42,267 bases of DNA from an uncultured bacterium (GTDB lineage Bacteria > Latescibacterota > MVCY01). The stretch spans positions 1-42,267 of the forward strand of contig CAZQSC010000002.1 of NCBI GenBank assembly GCA_964595705.1, read 5' to 3'. This document shows positions 1-8,944 of the stretch, piece by piece (within the stretch, counting starts at the first letter, position 1; every line of letters starts with the position of its first letter). The notes beneath the pieces are model-generated. The model did not search any database. It had not been told where the DNA came from and saw only the letters and a program-made list of their open reading frames with translations. Made by a program: the position numbers and the translations under genes.

Positions 1-1292
1 TTCTCATTGGGAAATCGCCTGAACTTCCGGTTAATATCATACTCAGCTCTGAGGTTAAATCCTCTTACATCATTGATCTCAAAGGTGAGACCATATATCT
101 CGTTGCCTGTGGGCAGTCCGTAGCGGATTCTAAGCATCTGTTGATTTGAGCCGTCTTTCACATTCCCCTTGGCCCGGGCTACCGGCAGAAACACTATCGA
201 GGGCACCGGAGCTAAGTTAGTCTGAAGGTTAGAGGAGATTTCTACAAAATAGTCATTAGCTAACACTAGGACAATTTCCACCTTTTTTATTTGTTTGTAG
301 TCAACGGTGGATTTATGCTGAAGATCGTAGGTCAACACCATCTGTTCGCTTCCGCTAACCTGCCAGGTCCCCTCTACAAACACCCCTCCTTCAATATCCG
401 GGGTGATCTCGGGATGATACTGACCATCGATCCAGACCTCTTCCCGGTAGAGAATTGCCCCTGGGGTATCCTCTGGTGAATCGTCGGAGATGCGCACCAT
501 AATCCTTTCTACCCAGCCAGTGTTACTCGGCCCGCTGAGTATCCCTTTGAAGGAGTTGCTTCCGAAGTCCTCTGCAGTGCTACCATGGTGAGCATTCACA
601 TAAGTGACTCCTATCTTCCCGAAATCTCCCACTTGAACAGTGCCTCGGAATCCAAACATATTGGTATAATTGGTTATCTCATCCCCAATGTTCTCTTCAA
701 ACAGAACCGCAGTAGAAGGCAAATTAATCCTAGAGGCCAGGGCAGTGAAGGCATATTTGTCACTGAGAAAATCCCATTGAATCCCATTGAAGGCAGGTTT
801 TGAGAAAGTGAGTGGGGTCAGCGTTGTTCTGATCTCATCGCCAATAGTAATAGCAGTGTAATATTGCCCCCGGGATAGTGAGGAGATCAGCACATTGTCA
901 AACCAGGCGGAATACTTAGGGCTTTTCCTGATCCGACTCTGGTACATCCGGGGCTGCTCTTGATCCCAGTGATATATCTCCCAGCCCTTGGTTATGTAGT
1001 TTCCGTACATATCATAGTAGCGGGTCCCCTCAAGCTCTACCTTCATATATTTTCGGTAGTGTTCCTTGGCATAATTGGTATACTCCCACGGCTGCCAGCG
1101 GTACTGAGAATAAAGCTCCTGAGGAAGATACCATTTTCTCAGCGTAGGCTCCAGAGTACTGAGCTCTACCCTGGGACTTGCAGGGGCGTAAAAACCTGTT
1201 TTGACACCCTGCGCATAACTGGTCAGGCTGCATAAAAATAGCATAGATATTGCCCCCGCCAGAGCAAACATCTTCTTCTCTCTGGATAACAT
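1..1292 (-). CDS. Secreted protein of unknown function, possibly an outer-membrane component (N-terminal ~430 codons only; the gene runs off the window start)
   Basis: Hand translation of the minus strand from the ATG at 1292-1290 stays open to position 1. An AAGGAG RBS lies at 1302-1307, 9 nt upstream. The N-terminus MLSREKKMFALAGAISMLFLCSLTSYAQG looks like a signal peptide. It is absent from the ORF track only because it has no stop in the window. It starts 46 nt downstream of the 1339-4044 gene on the same strand. Confidence 0.6.
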   Translation of the reverse strand, partial: MLSREKKMFALAGAISMLFLCSLTSYAQGVKTGFYAPASPRVELSTLEPTLRKWYLPQELYSQYRWQPWEYTNYAKEHYRKYMKVELEGTRYYDMYGNYITKGWEIYHWDQEQPRMYQSRIRKSPKYSAWFDNVLISSLSRGQYYTAITIGDEIRTTLTPLTFSKPAFNGIQWDFLSDKYAFTALASRINLPSTAVLFEENIGDEITNYTNMFGFRGTVQVGDFGKIGVTYVNAHHGSTAEDFGSNSFKGILSGPSNTGWVERIMVRISDDSPEDTPGAILYREEVWIDGQYHPEITPDIEGGVFVEGTWQVSGSEQMVLTYDLQHKSTVDYKQIKKVEIVLVLANDYFVEISSNLQTNLAPVPSIVFLPVARAKGNVKDGSNQQMLRIRYGLPTGNEIYGLTFEINDVRGFNLRAEYDINRKFRRFPNE

Positions 1293-1338
1293 ATTTAGTC
1301 GCTCCTTCCTTTTGATATTTGACGCTTCTACCTCACTA

Positions 1339-4044
1339 CTAATAGACTATTGCTATGGTTCGGGTTGCTATTCTATCTCCAGACTCTGCCTTGACTTCAA
1401 TCTGGCATAGATAAAGACCAGGCAGCACCAGGTTGCCCGAACTATCTTTCCCATTCCAGTCGGCCCTCCAGGAGGGCTGACCAGGTTCGTTCACCATCCT
1501 GGCCTCTATTTTCCTCACCAAATGGCCCTGGAAATTATATATCTTTACCCAGACTTTTTGAGGTTTCACCTTCAGAACACTGAATCTAATTACAGCAAAA
1601 TCGTTGTTTCCATCCCCGTTAGGTGTAACTATCTTCGGGGTGATGGAGACCTGGCCAATCAACCGCTCCACATTCTTGGAGTAGGATGGCAAGATCACTG
1701 TTGTGGCACTTCTTTCTCCTGGATCTGGCGTAACTCTTTGCCAAACGCCGGGCTTGGCTGAATTGCCCACAAAGCCCTCTACCAAGCTGTTGTCCCGGAG
1801 AACCCTCCCTTTGAACTTGACCACCACCGGATCGTACCAGACAGCCAGAGAATCTTCTGCAGAGGCAGAAATGGTAACGGAAGAGGAAGAGACAAAGGTA
1901 GTGTCACCCACGGTGACCTGGGTGGTGTCCCCTCTGACTATAACCGCCTTATCGCTGCGCATATCCACTGTTTCTCCCTCTATTACTGCCCCCCTGCCTT
2001 GCAGAGCCAATGTATCTTTGTAAGTCCCGCGCCTCACCCATACTGTGTCATTCTCCACAGAAAACACCGTAGTGCCTTGTCGGACTGTGCCGTTCCACAG
2101 AATCACCCTGTGGCTCTGTACCACCGGGTGGAAATAGACAGCCAGCGAGTCCCCCTGTATGGTTACCGAATCGGGGGGCACTGCTTCTCCATTGATAGAG
2201 AGAGAAACACCCGCGGTGTCCACCGGGAAAGGACTCAAAAGCAATAGACGGTCAAAACTGGTACTCCTTAAGTTGCGAAAGGACAAGATTTGGTAGGAGA
2301 ACTCCTCAGCCACATCTGGGTTGACCGATCGGGGGGTGAGTTTTCCAGAAGCCTCTTTCACAAAAGGGTCGTCATAGGTGAGGCTAAGGTAGTGCAGCAC
2401 TGGGGTAGTGTCTGGGGTATCCGAAACTAAATCTACTCTGAATTTCAGATAACGACAGGGACTTTTCGACAAGAAACCACCCATAGACTTTCCCTCAAGA
2501 GCCCAGATGTAGGGTTGGCTCCAGTTGTCCCAGTCAGCACCAGGTACTATTAGAGTGTCAATACGGGCCTTCTTCTTGTCTCGAGGTCTTAAGGCTTCGT
2601 ATTCTTCCCTGGTAATCTCATTGCCCCATCTGTCGTAGTAATGAAGCTCCGGACCCAGGGTATTACCTGCCCGGGTACGCACCCGTATTCCTGTTCCCTC
2701 AGGTTGGTCTGCATTTATGAATAAACGTAATATATTTTTGCTTGTACCCAAGTCAATAATATCAGATTCTAAAGTAGCCTCTGCGGCATAACCCTTCCCA
2801 TATACCTGCAACTCCTCCAAACTCCATGCAGGAGACCTTATATTCCCTGTGCCGTGGGCGTGATGGAAGAACACATAGCGGACCCGTTGTAAGGGAAAGG
2901 GGTGATTAAACCAAAATTGCAGGGGAATAGCCCAGTTCCACACATCTGCCACCTCGTGAAACCAAAATTGCTTATAAGGATGCTGTTCGATCTCCTCCCT
3001 GCTTCCAGGGATGCCTCCGGGTGGGGCAGAGCCATCAGAAACCGCAAGCTTAAAACCTTGGGGGAGATAAGCCGTCCTTTCATGATGCTCTCCTGAGGCT
3101 GGCCCTATGAGGATGATGCGGTCTACCCAGAACACCGCCCCCAAATCCAGTAAAAACCAGTTCCCCTTTGGCTCCCACATTATATCACTCCACGGATTGC
3201 CGGTAGCCGATTTACCATACAATGTCTGACCATCAATAAGATATTCAGGGAATCTTAAATTCTCACCGCCTTCTATTCCTCCTCCTCGGGAAATTGCCCC
3301 TAAGGCGAGGTTATCCCCATATGCGTCCACCTCCACCTCGGCAAGACCCTGGCCAGGAACAGAAGAGTCCAGGCGAATGTAGATATATTGGATAGGACGG
3401 AAGGTCTGTATCTGCTGGACATCCTTGCCCTCACTGGTTGTATCCCAACGAGCATAGTAAAGTGGATACTCCACAGCACTAGGATCCGTTTTGGGAGTGG
3501 AGAGTCGACCGGCCATAATGTACAGTGGGGTATTCTTAGTCCCAGGGGTAGGATTGCCGTCCCAGGTATAAACACGGAACTGTTGTAAGGGTTTTACCTC
3601 TTCAGCTCTGGGGAAACGCAACCGCACGGTAGTGGCGGAAACCACCCGTCCCAGATCCACTCTGAGCCACCAGTTCTTCAAAGCATCGCTGGGATTGGGA
3701 CTCCACCAAGTGGTGGAATCACCATCTATAACCTTCCAGGCCTCAGCACTGTTAGAGCCAGCCTCAGCCCCACCCCTCACTGTCTGCCCCGAGAGATCCG
3801 TGTAACTGAAAGAAGGGGCATCCAGCGCCGCATTTATGGACTGACGCACCCGAACCAGTTTCATCCCTCCCTGGGGGGTAATATCCACCAGCGCCTCTGG
3901 ATGCTTATGGGTGCGAGGAGAAATCCAGTTATCCCAGTCTCTTATTATCCGAGTCTGCAGCCGAGCATTGCTGACCACAGGGACTGAGAGAACGCTAACA
4001 ACAGAGCAAAACACTAAGCAACAAAACAGTTTTGAGCGCTTCAT
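1339..4044 (-). CDS. Secreted protein with two discoidin (F5/8 type C)-like modules and a FlgD-Ig/T9SS-like C-terminal domain (paralog A)
   Basis: 906-aa ORF. I prefer the ATG at 4044 (MKRSKLFCCLVF..., GAGG 9 nt upstream) over the GTG at 4059. It has a signal peptide. The discoidin-like blocks are VIDGDSTTWW...WWLRVDLG...LAEVEVDAYG and YLIDGQ...WFLLDLG...LEELQVYGKG. The C-terminus is ITPNGDGNNDF...WNGKDSSGNLVLPGLYLCQIEV...TIAIVY. Confidence 0.8.
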   Translation of the reverse strand: MKRSKLFCCLVFCSVVSVLSVPVVSNARLQTRIIRDWDNWISPRTHKHPEALVDITPQGGMKLVRVRQSINAALDAPSFSYTDLSGQTVRGGAEAGSNSAEAWKVIDGDSTTWWSPNPSDALKNWWLRVDLGRVVSATTVRLRFPRAEEVKPLQQFRVYTWDGNPTPGTKNTPLYIMAGRLSTPKTDPSAVEYPLYYARWDTTSEGKDVQQIQTFRPIQYIYIRLDSSVPGQGLAEVEVDAYGDNLALGAISRGGGIEGGENLRFPEYLIDGQTLYGKSATGNPWSDIMWEPKGNWFLLDLGAVFWVDRIILIGPASGEHHERTAYLPQGFKLAVSDGSAPPGGIPGSREEIEQHPYKQFWFHEVADVWNWAIPLQFWFNHPFPLQRVRYVFFHHAHGTGNIRSPAWSLEELQVYGKGYAAEATLESDIIDLGTSKNILRLFINADQPEGTGIRVRTRAGNTLGPELHYYDRWGNEITREEYEALRPRDKKKARIDTLIVPGADWDNWSQPYIWALEGKSMGGFLSKSPCRYLKFRVDLVSDTPDTTPVLHYLSLTYDDPFVKEASGKLTPRSVNPDVAEEFSYQILSFRNLRSTSFDRLLLLSPFPVDTAGVSLSINGEAVPPDSVTIQGDSLAVYFHPVVQSHRVILWNGTVRQGTTVFSVENDTVWVRRGTYKDTLALQGRGAVIEGETVDMRSDKAVIVRGDTTQVTVGDTTFVSSSSVTISASAEDSLAVWYDPVVVKFKGRVLRDNSLVEGFVGNSAKPGVWQRVTPDPGERSATTVILPSYSKNVERLIGQVSITPKIVTPNGDGNNDFAVIRFSVLKVKPQKVWVKIYNFQGHLVRKIEARMVNEPGQPSWRADWNGKDSSGNLVLPGLYLCQIEVKAESGDRIATRTIAIVY

Positions 4045-4265
4045 CTTAAATTGCCTCACTAATAAAAATAATTGTCTCTTGAACCCAGATTCGCAAACAG
4101 CTCTTTTATAGCGGAGCTCTTTAGACCCTCATTCTATATATAGAGACCTGAAGGTCTCCGCTACTGTTGGCAATCAATACCAAGCCTTCCTTATACGGGG
4201 GACAAGCCCCCTACACTACGGGGTGGACACAATGTGCAAAACCAAACCTCCCGCTTCCCACTTCT

Positions 4266-6389
4266 TCAATAGACAACCCCTATGGTTCCAGTATCCCGAC
4301 AAACTCCCTTATCACTCTCGACATAGATTTGATACACATATAAGCCTGGAGGGACTAGTTTATTGTCTTTTGCTCTACCAGCCCAACCCCAGGTGTAACT
4401 GCCCCGGCCCTGAGGGCCTTTCCAGACCTGAGTCACCAAATGTCCAGCGAGGTCGTATATTCCAATCTCTACCTCAGCGTCTTGGATTAAGCGAGATAAG
4501 GTGTAAGAAAAAGTCAAGTGATCGTTTTTGCCGTCATTGTTAGGGGTTATCACCCGAGGGGAGACCTCCACTAGAGTTAAAATCTCCTGGCTCAGCACCC
4601 GTTCGGTCATCAAAAGCTGAAGAGAATTTGTGTCAATCTGTTCCGAGGCATCACCTTCCTCGATGGATTGAGCAAAGGAGGCTGTGCCGCTCTTCCAGAC
4701 TCTACCAGTCAATCGGGTGCCGTAGACAAAGGCCGCTGTTTTAAAGTTCAACCGCAGCCGATCATGGCTGCCACCCGGCACTATCTTCTGCGAGGGGAAG
4801 TAAAGAACCATCAGCCCAGGAAGGCTTGTATCCACAAATATAGAATCCCCTGGCGACAGCAAATCTCGGTAGGCAACCACCGAATCTCCCCCTGAGCTCC
4901 AAGGGGCAACCTTACCCCAGATATCCCCGGTTCGAGCTACAGTAGTTAATGAATCACCCGTACCCACTTGAAGTGAATCGAATACCGCCTGAGAGGGCAC
5001 ATTGATGGCTAACGAATCGAACCCGCTCTGACTGGGCCTTCCTATGGCTTTCACCTCATAGATGAAAGGCGTAATTTGCCCGGGGATAACCTCTGCTATC
5101 TTCTGAGGCTCTCCGGAAACTGCCACCTCTCCCACCACCCTATCGGCCAAGATGGGATAAGAGTAGTTGAAGACCAAAGAATCGAGACGTACCATATATT
5201 CAGGGGATTCAGTCTTGAAGATGACCCGGAACTGAAAATACCGTTTGGCGCCTGGGGAGTCAATCTGATCTCCCGATTGTCTGTAGGGAACAGACCAGGG
5301 GCTCCAGTGTTCTCGATCAAGTACCACTGGGCCTTTGTCCCCGGGAAGTGGAGTTTTTGACGGCCAAGGAAGAAACTTATACTCTTTCTCACTCACCTCT
5401 TCCAGCTCTCCGAACTCATTTATCTTTTGATAAAGCATAGGGGTAGGATCTGTACCTGTACGGGTTTGTATAATCAGGGAAACTGGTGCATCGTCTCCAG
5501 CGGGATAAAATCTTCGTCTCCACACTGGTCCCTGCTCCGTCTGTTCCTCTACGGCCTCTGATCGCCACACCGAACTGCCCCACTTTATGGTTCCAAAATT
5601 CACTGTCTTATTCAAGTCTATAACCTTCGACTCGTATCGGGACTCTTGAGCGAAACCATCTCCATACAGCTCGATCTCTGCCAGCTCAAAGAACGAAAAG
5701 GCAGTCTGCTTCCATCGCCAGAAGCGCACCCACTCCTGGGGGAATTTGTCCTTCACTATCCAACTGTTGTTTCCGCTGCCAAATGTCACTCGATGAAAGA
5801 TGGGCTTGCCTGTTCCCAGCTCGATGTTCTCTGGTTGGCCATCGCAGACCTCAAGCTTCCAGTCCCGAGGAGGACGATCTTCAGAATAGGCACGTCCTCC
5901 CCCCAAGACAAACCAGGTATGGGGTCGAGTGTAAAAACAGATACTGTCCACAGGAACTGGGGTGCCGAAATCAAAGAAAACCCCGGCCCGCTCTGGACTA
6001 GAATTCTGCGCGTACCAACTACGAGATGTCGTACTGTCCTCATCGACAAGCCTCCAGTCATCTCCACCCTTATAACTAGGAAAGCCCTCCCGCCAATCGG
6101 ATTCGGTCTTTCTGATCTGCCATGTTCGGTCATCCCGCTCCACCCTATACCACTTATTCCGGCCAAGTGGCCGCAGTATTTTAATACAGATGTTCTCGTC
6201 AGGGTTGAAATAGAGGGGTTGTATCCCCCCCAGACTGTCCTCTGCAGCAAAATAGATCCCCCAGGGTTGCCAGGCGTGTCCACTGCCCCCGATGACCCAC
6301 CTGTCCATCTTGGTAAATCCTTGGGAGGGGAGAATAAAGATAGATACCACTATCCCTAAGAATAAGAGTTTCAAGCTATTTCTCAACAT
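4266..6389 (-). CDS. Secreted discoidin-like protein with FlgD-Ig/T9SS-like C-terminal domain (paralog B)
   Basis: 707-aa ORF with an ATG start, AAGGTGGTG upstream and a signal peptide. It contains LVDEDSTTSRSW...FFDFG...FELAEIELYGDGF. The C-terminus is ITPNNDGKNDH...WAGRAKDNKLVPPGLYVYQIYV...TIGVVY. It is collinear with paralog C over most of its length. Confidence 0.85.
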   Translation of the reverse strand: MLRNSLKLLFLGIVVSIFILPSQGFTKMDRWVIGGSGHAWQPWGIYFAAEDSLGGIQPLYFNPDENICIKILRPLGRNKWYRVERDDRTWQIRKTESDWREGFPSYKGGDDWRLVDEDSTTSRSWYAQNSSPERAGVFFDFGTPVPVDSICFYTRPHTWFVLGGGRAYSEDRPPRDWKLEVCDGQPENIELGTGKPIFHRVTFGSGNNSWIVKDKFPQEWVRFWRWKQTAFSFFELAEIELYGDGFAQESRYESKVIDLNKTVNFGTIKWGSSVWRSEAVEEQTEQGPVWRRRFYPAGDDAPVSLIIQTRTGTDPTPMLYQKINEFGELEEVSEKEYKFLPWPSKTPLPGDKGPVVLDREHWSPWSVPYRQSGDQIDSPGAKRYFQFRVIFKTESPEYMVRLDSLVFNYSYPILADRVVGEVAVSGEPQKIAEVIPGQITPFIYEVKAIGRPSQSGFDSLAINVPSQAVFDSLQVGTGDSLTTVARTGDIWGKVAPWSSGGDSVVAYRDLLSPGDSIFVDTSLPGLMVLYFPSQKIVPGGSHDRLRLNFKTAAFVYGTRLTGRVWKSGTASFAQSIEEGDASEQIDTNSLQLLMTERVLSQEILTLVEVSPRVITPNNDGKNDHLTFSYTLSRLIQDAEVEIGIYDLAGHLVTQVWKGPQGRGSYTWGWAGRAKDNKLVPPGLYVYQIYVESDKGVCRDTGTIGVVY

Positions 6390-6641
6390 CGATTAGCACC
6401 ACCTTTTGGGCAAATTCCAAACAACAAACAAATCCTAATATCCAAATTCCAAACTTATTCACTCTTATTAACAATTGAGCTAAGGATTTTGGTTAACTCA
6501 ACTCCTTCTTTGATAAGCTCATGCTGTTCCTCATTTCAATACTCCTGGGTAATTTCTTAACCAACTCCTTGCATCGCTCTGCGAATCGAAATGTTCTTCT
6601 AAATCATATTGCTTTTGGAATCTTGGAGGTCAGGACATTTT

Positions 6642-8624
6642 TCAATAGACCACTGTAACCAAGCCGCTTTTTTCCGGTGTCTCCGCATCTTCTTCCACTT
6701 CAATCCGATATATATATACTCCGGGAGGTACTAACTTGCCGTCATTATCTTTTCCATCCCAGGGGGGACTGGAATACACACCACTTCTCTGCCATCCGCT
6801 CCACAAGTCACGCACTAAAGAGCCAGCTAAGTTGTATATTCCTATCTTTACCTCTCGTGTGTCTACAAGCTTCAAAATGGTATAGTAGAGCCTCCCCTCG
6901 TCGTTTACTCCATCTTTATTAGGGGTGATGGGATTGGGTAAAAAGTGGACGGGACCAAAGGGCTCCTTAGCTGATTCAGCGTCCACCAGGACCAACAGCT
7001 TGTCTGTATTCACCTCAGGATTAGCATTTCCGTCAATTATAGGCTGAGGCAGGTCAACATCATTGAACACCCAGCCGGAAAGCTTTGCCCCAGCTCGCAC
7101 CAGAGATGTGCTGAAGACCAACCGCAGGGGGGTGTTGTCAACAACGGGGTAGGATTTAAAACGGACCTGGAGGGAATTGGGAGATGGGTAGGATATCTCC
7201 AGACTATCTGGGGGGATAGAATGGCCACCGATGGCAAGATCAACAAATGAGGGGGGAGTAGGAGCTACAAGCTGTATCCCATCGAAGCCGCGGCCGGTGG
7301 GCTGTTCGGCTCGAACATCGTAGGTGAAGTGAACTGGCCTGCCGGCAGGCACCCGGGCAATTTTGTCCCCAGGCAGCGGATTATCCAAAGCAGCCACCTC
7401 TCCTACAATTGCATCGGCCAGGATAGGATGATAATACTCCACTGCCAGTGAATCCACCCTCAGCATATCCCAGACAGAGGTGCTTTTGAAGATAAGTCTA
7501 ACCTGAAAGTATCGCCTGGGTACTCCATACTCCAACTGCTGCCCCGAACTATCGTAGACAGAAGACCAATTGCTCCAGTGCTTATTGTCTAATTTCACCC
7601 CTGCCACTTTATCAGGAGATTTCTTCAATAGCTTTTCATATTGCTCCTTGGACACCTCCACCCAGATCCTTGCCTTGGTATCGGGGTCTATGGCATACTT
7701 GTAATAAATCAGCGGGGTGGGGTCGCTGCCGCACCGGGTCTGTACCTCCACCCAGGCCTGAGCATCAGGAAGCAGGCTCAACTGCCCATCCGGATTCATA
7801 TGCCACTTGCTGGCCCACCACCTCACCGCTCTAAAGTTACAGGGCCTCTGCAAATCCACAGGATCGGAAGTATAAACCGCCTCCGACTGAAACCCCAGAC
7901 CGTAGAACTCTACCTCAGCTATTTCAAACCTATGATTTTTAGTGCAGCGGAGTTTGATCAGACGAACCGGCTGCAGGGGGAAAGTGGCATCCACCACACT
8001 CTGGGTATTAACAGAGCGGCGGTAAACGGCACGGTATACAGGGGAGAGATAGGTGCGCCCCGCAGCTATCTTAACGGTGAAATTTTTGATGTCTCCGTCA
8101 TTAACTTCTATTCTGAACCCCCGCATATAGTCCAACTTATAAGGGGAACCACCTGTATCTTCACCCTGCTGGCGCGGATAAAAAACAATCCGATTGAGGT
8201 AATAGGGCCTTCCCAGGTCAAAGTAAAAGGTCTTCCCGATCGTGCTCTTCTTAGGGTTTTTGAACCACTCACCGGTAGAGGTAGTCGGGTCTCCATCGAC
8301 CAAGACCAGGGCTGTATCAGGGGCCATCTGGAATATTGGGTCCAAGACCCAGATATGGGCCACACCTCGAGGTTCAAAGCCCTTAGGTTTAGCCGCCACC
8401 CATGGCAATATGCGGGTGATGTTCTTCTCCGGAGTAAGCTGCAACGGTTGGACCGAACCAGGCACTGCTACAAGGTCTAAACCCTCCGGAGTGCCGTATT
8501 GACTCCAACTGTGGCCACCTGCACCGAATTTCCAAACCCAGGGAGCGGCAACCACATCCCTGACCGCTGTGCCGATTAGCAGAAAAACTAATGAGAAAAA
8601 CAGAACAGTATATCTTCTTGTCAA
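6642..8624 (-). CDS. Secreted discoidin-like protein with FlgD-Ig/T9SS-like C-terminal domain (paralog C)
   Basis: 660-aa ORF. The start must be the TTG at 8624 because no in-frame ATG precedes the signal peptide. It contains LVDGDPTTSTGEW...YFDLG...FEIAEVEFYGLGF. The C-terminus is ITPNKDGVNDE...WDGKDNDGKLVPPGVYIYRIEV...LVTVVY. Confidence 0.85.
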   Translation of the reverse strand: MTRRYTVLFFSLVFLLIGTAVRDVVAAPWVWKFGAGGHSWSQYGTPEGLDLVAVPGSVQPLQLTPEKNITRILPWVAAKPKGFEPRGVAHIWVLDPIFQMAPDTALVLVDGDPTTSTGEWFKNPKKSTIGKTFYFDLGRPYYLNRIVFYPRQQGEDTGGSPYKLDYMRGFRIEVNDGDIKNFTVKIAAGRTYLSPVYRAVYRRSVNTQSVVDATFPLQPVRLIKLRCTKNHRFEIAEVEFYGLGFQSEAVYTSDPVDLQRPCNFRAVRWWASKWHMNPDGQLSLLPDAQAWVEVQTRCGSDPTPLIYYKYAIDPDTKARIWVEVSKEQYEKLLKKSPDKVAGVKLDNKHWSNWSSVYDSSGQQLEYGVPRRYFQVRLIFKSTSVWDMLRVDSLAVEYYHPILADAIVGEVAALDNPLPGDKIARVPAGRPVHFTYDVRAEQPTGRGFDGIQLVAPTPPSFVDLAIGGHSIPPDSLEISYPSPNSLQVRFKSYPVVDNTPLRLVFSTSLVRAGAKLSGWVFNDVDLPQPIIDGNANPEVNTDKLLVLVDAESAKEPFGPVHFLPNPITPNKDGVNDEGRLYYTILKLVDTREVKIGIYNLAGSLVRDLWSGWQRSGVYSSPPWDGKDNDGKLVPPGVYIYRIEVEEDAETPEKSGLVTVVY

Positions 8625-8877
8625 TAGCTACCTGCCCTTCCTTTGAGCAAGATGTCCCTTAACTGTTAGGTCAAAGCAATGAACTCTACGCCTTTTATCA
8701 TAACCCAATGAATCTTATTAAATATCTATCTCACCGGGTGAACGGGTAACTCCGAAATGTCCTTAATTTTTGAAGTTCGGTAAGGCACAAGAGGCCTAGG
8801 ATAGTCAAACCAACCTTCAAGGAAATATATTCTACTTTAGGATTCCCTTCCTTTTTTGGCAACTTCCCCAATAGAGA

Positions 8878-8907
8878 GGAAGGGGCAAAAAAGCATTTGC
8901 CCCTTCC
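8878..8907 (-). terminator. Strong hairpin downstream of the 8945-9808 gene (putative intrinsic terminator)
   Basis: GGAAGGGGCAAA (8878-8889) and TTTGCCCCTTCC (8896-8907) form a perfect 12-bp stem with a 6-nt loop, 38 nt past the stop. On the minus strand the tail is pyrimidine-rich (TCTCTATT) rather than a clean U-tract. Confidence 0.5.
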
Positions 8908-8944
8908 TGTTTTGCTGAGCCCATCCGTCTTCAGCAATCATATC

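Noticed and set aside
5646-6359. 237-aa plus-strand ORF (with others at 5783-6001 and 5076-5360) inside the paralog B gene
   Set aside because: It is antisense to a long ORF with strong paralog support. It has a low-complexity Pro/Ser/Leu-rich composition, no RBS and no recognisable domain.
7641-8480. 279-aa plus-strand ORF antisense to paralog C
   Set aside because: It lies entirely inside the 6642-8624 gene, whose protein is collinear with paralog B. The antisense product has no features.
8731-8937. 68-aa minus-strand ORF between the acidic protein gene and paralog C
   Set aside because: It runs straight through the 12-bp-stem hairpin at 8878-8907 and has no RBS, so it is most likely non-coding.
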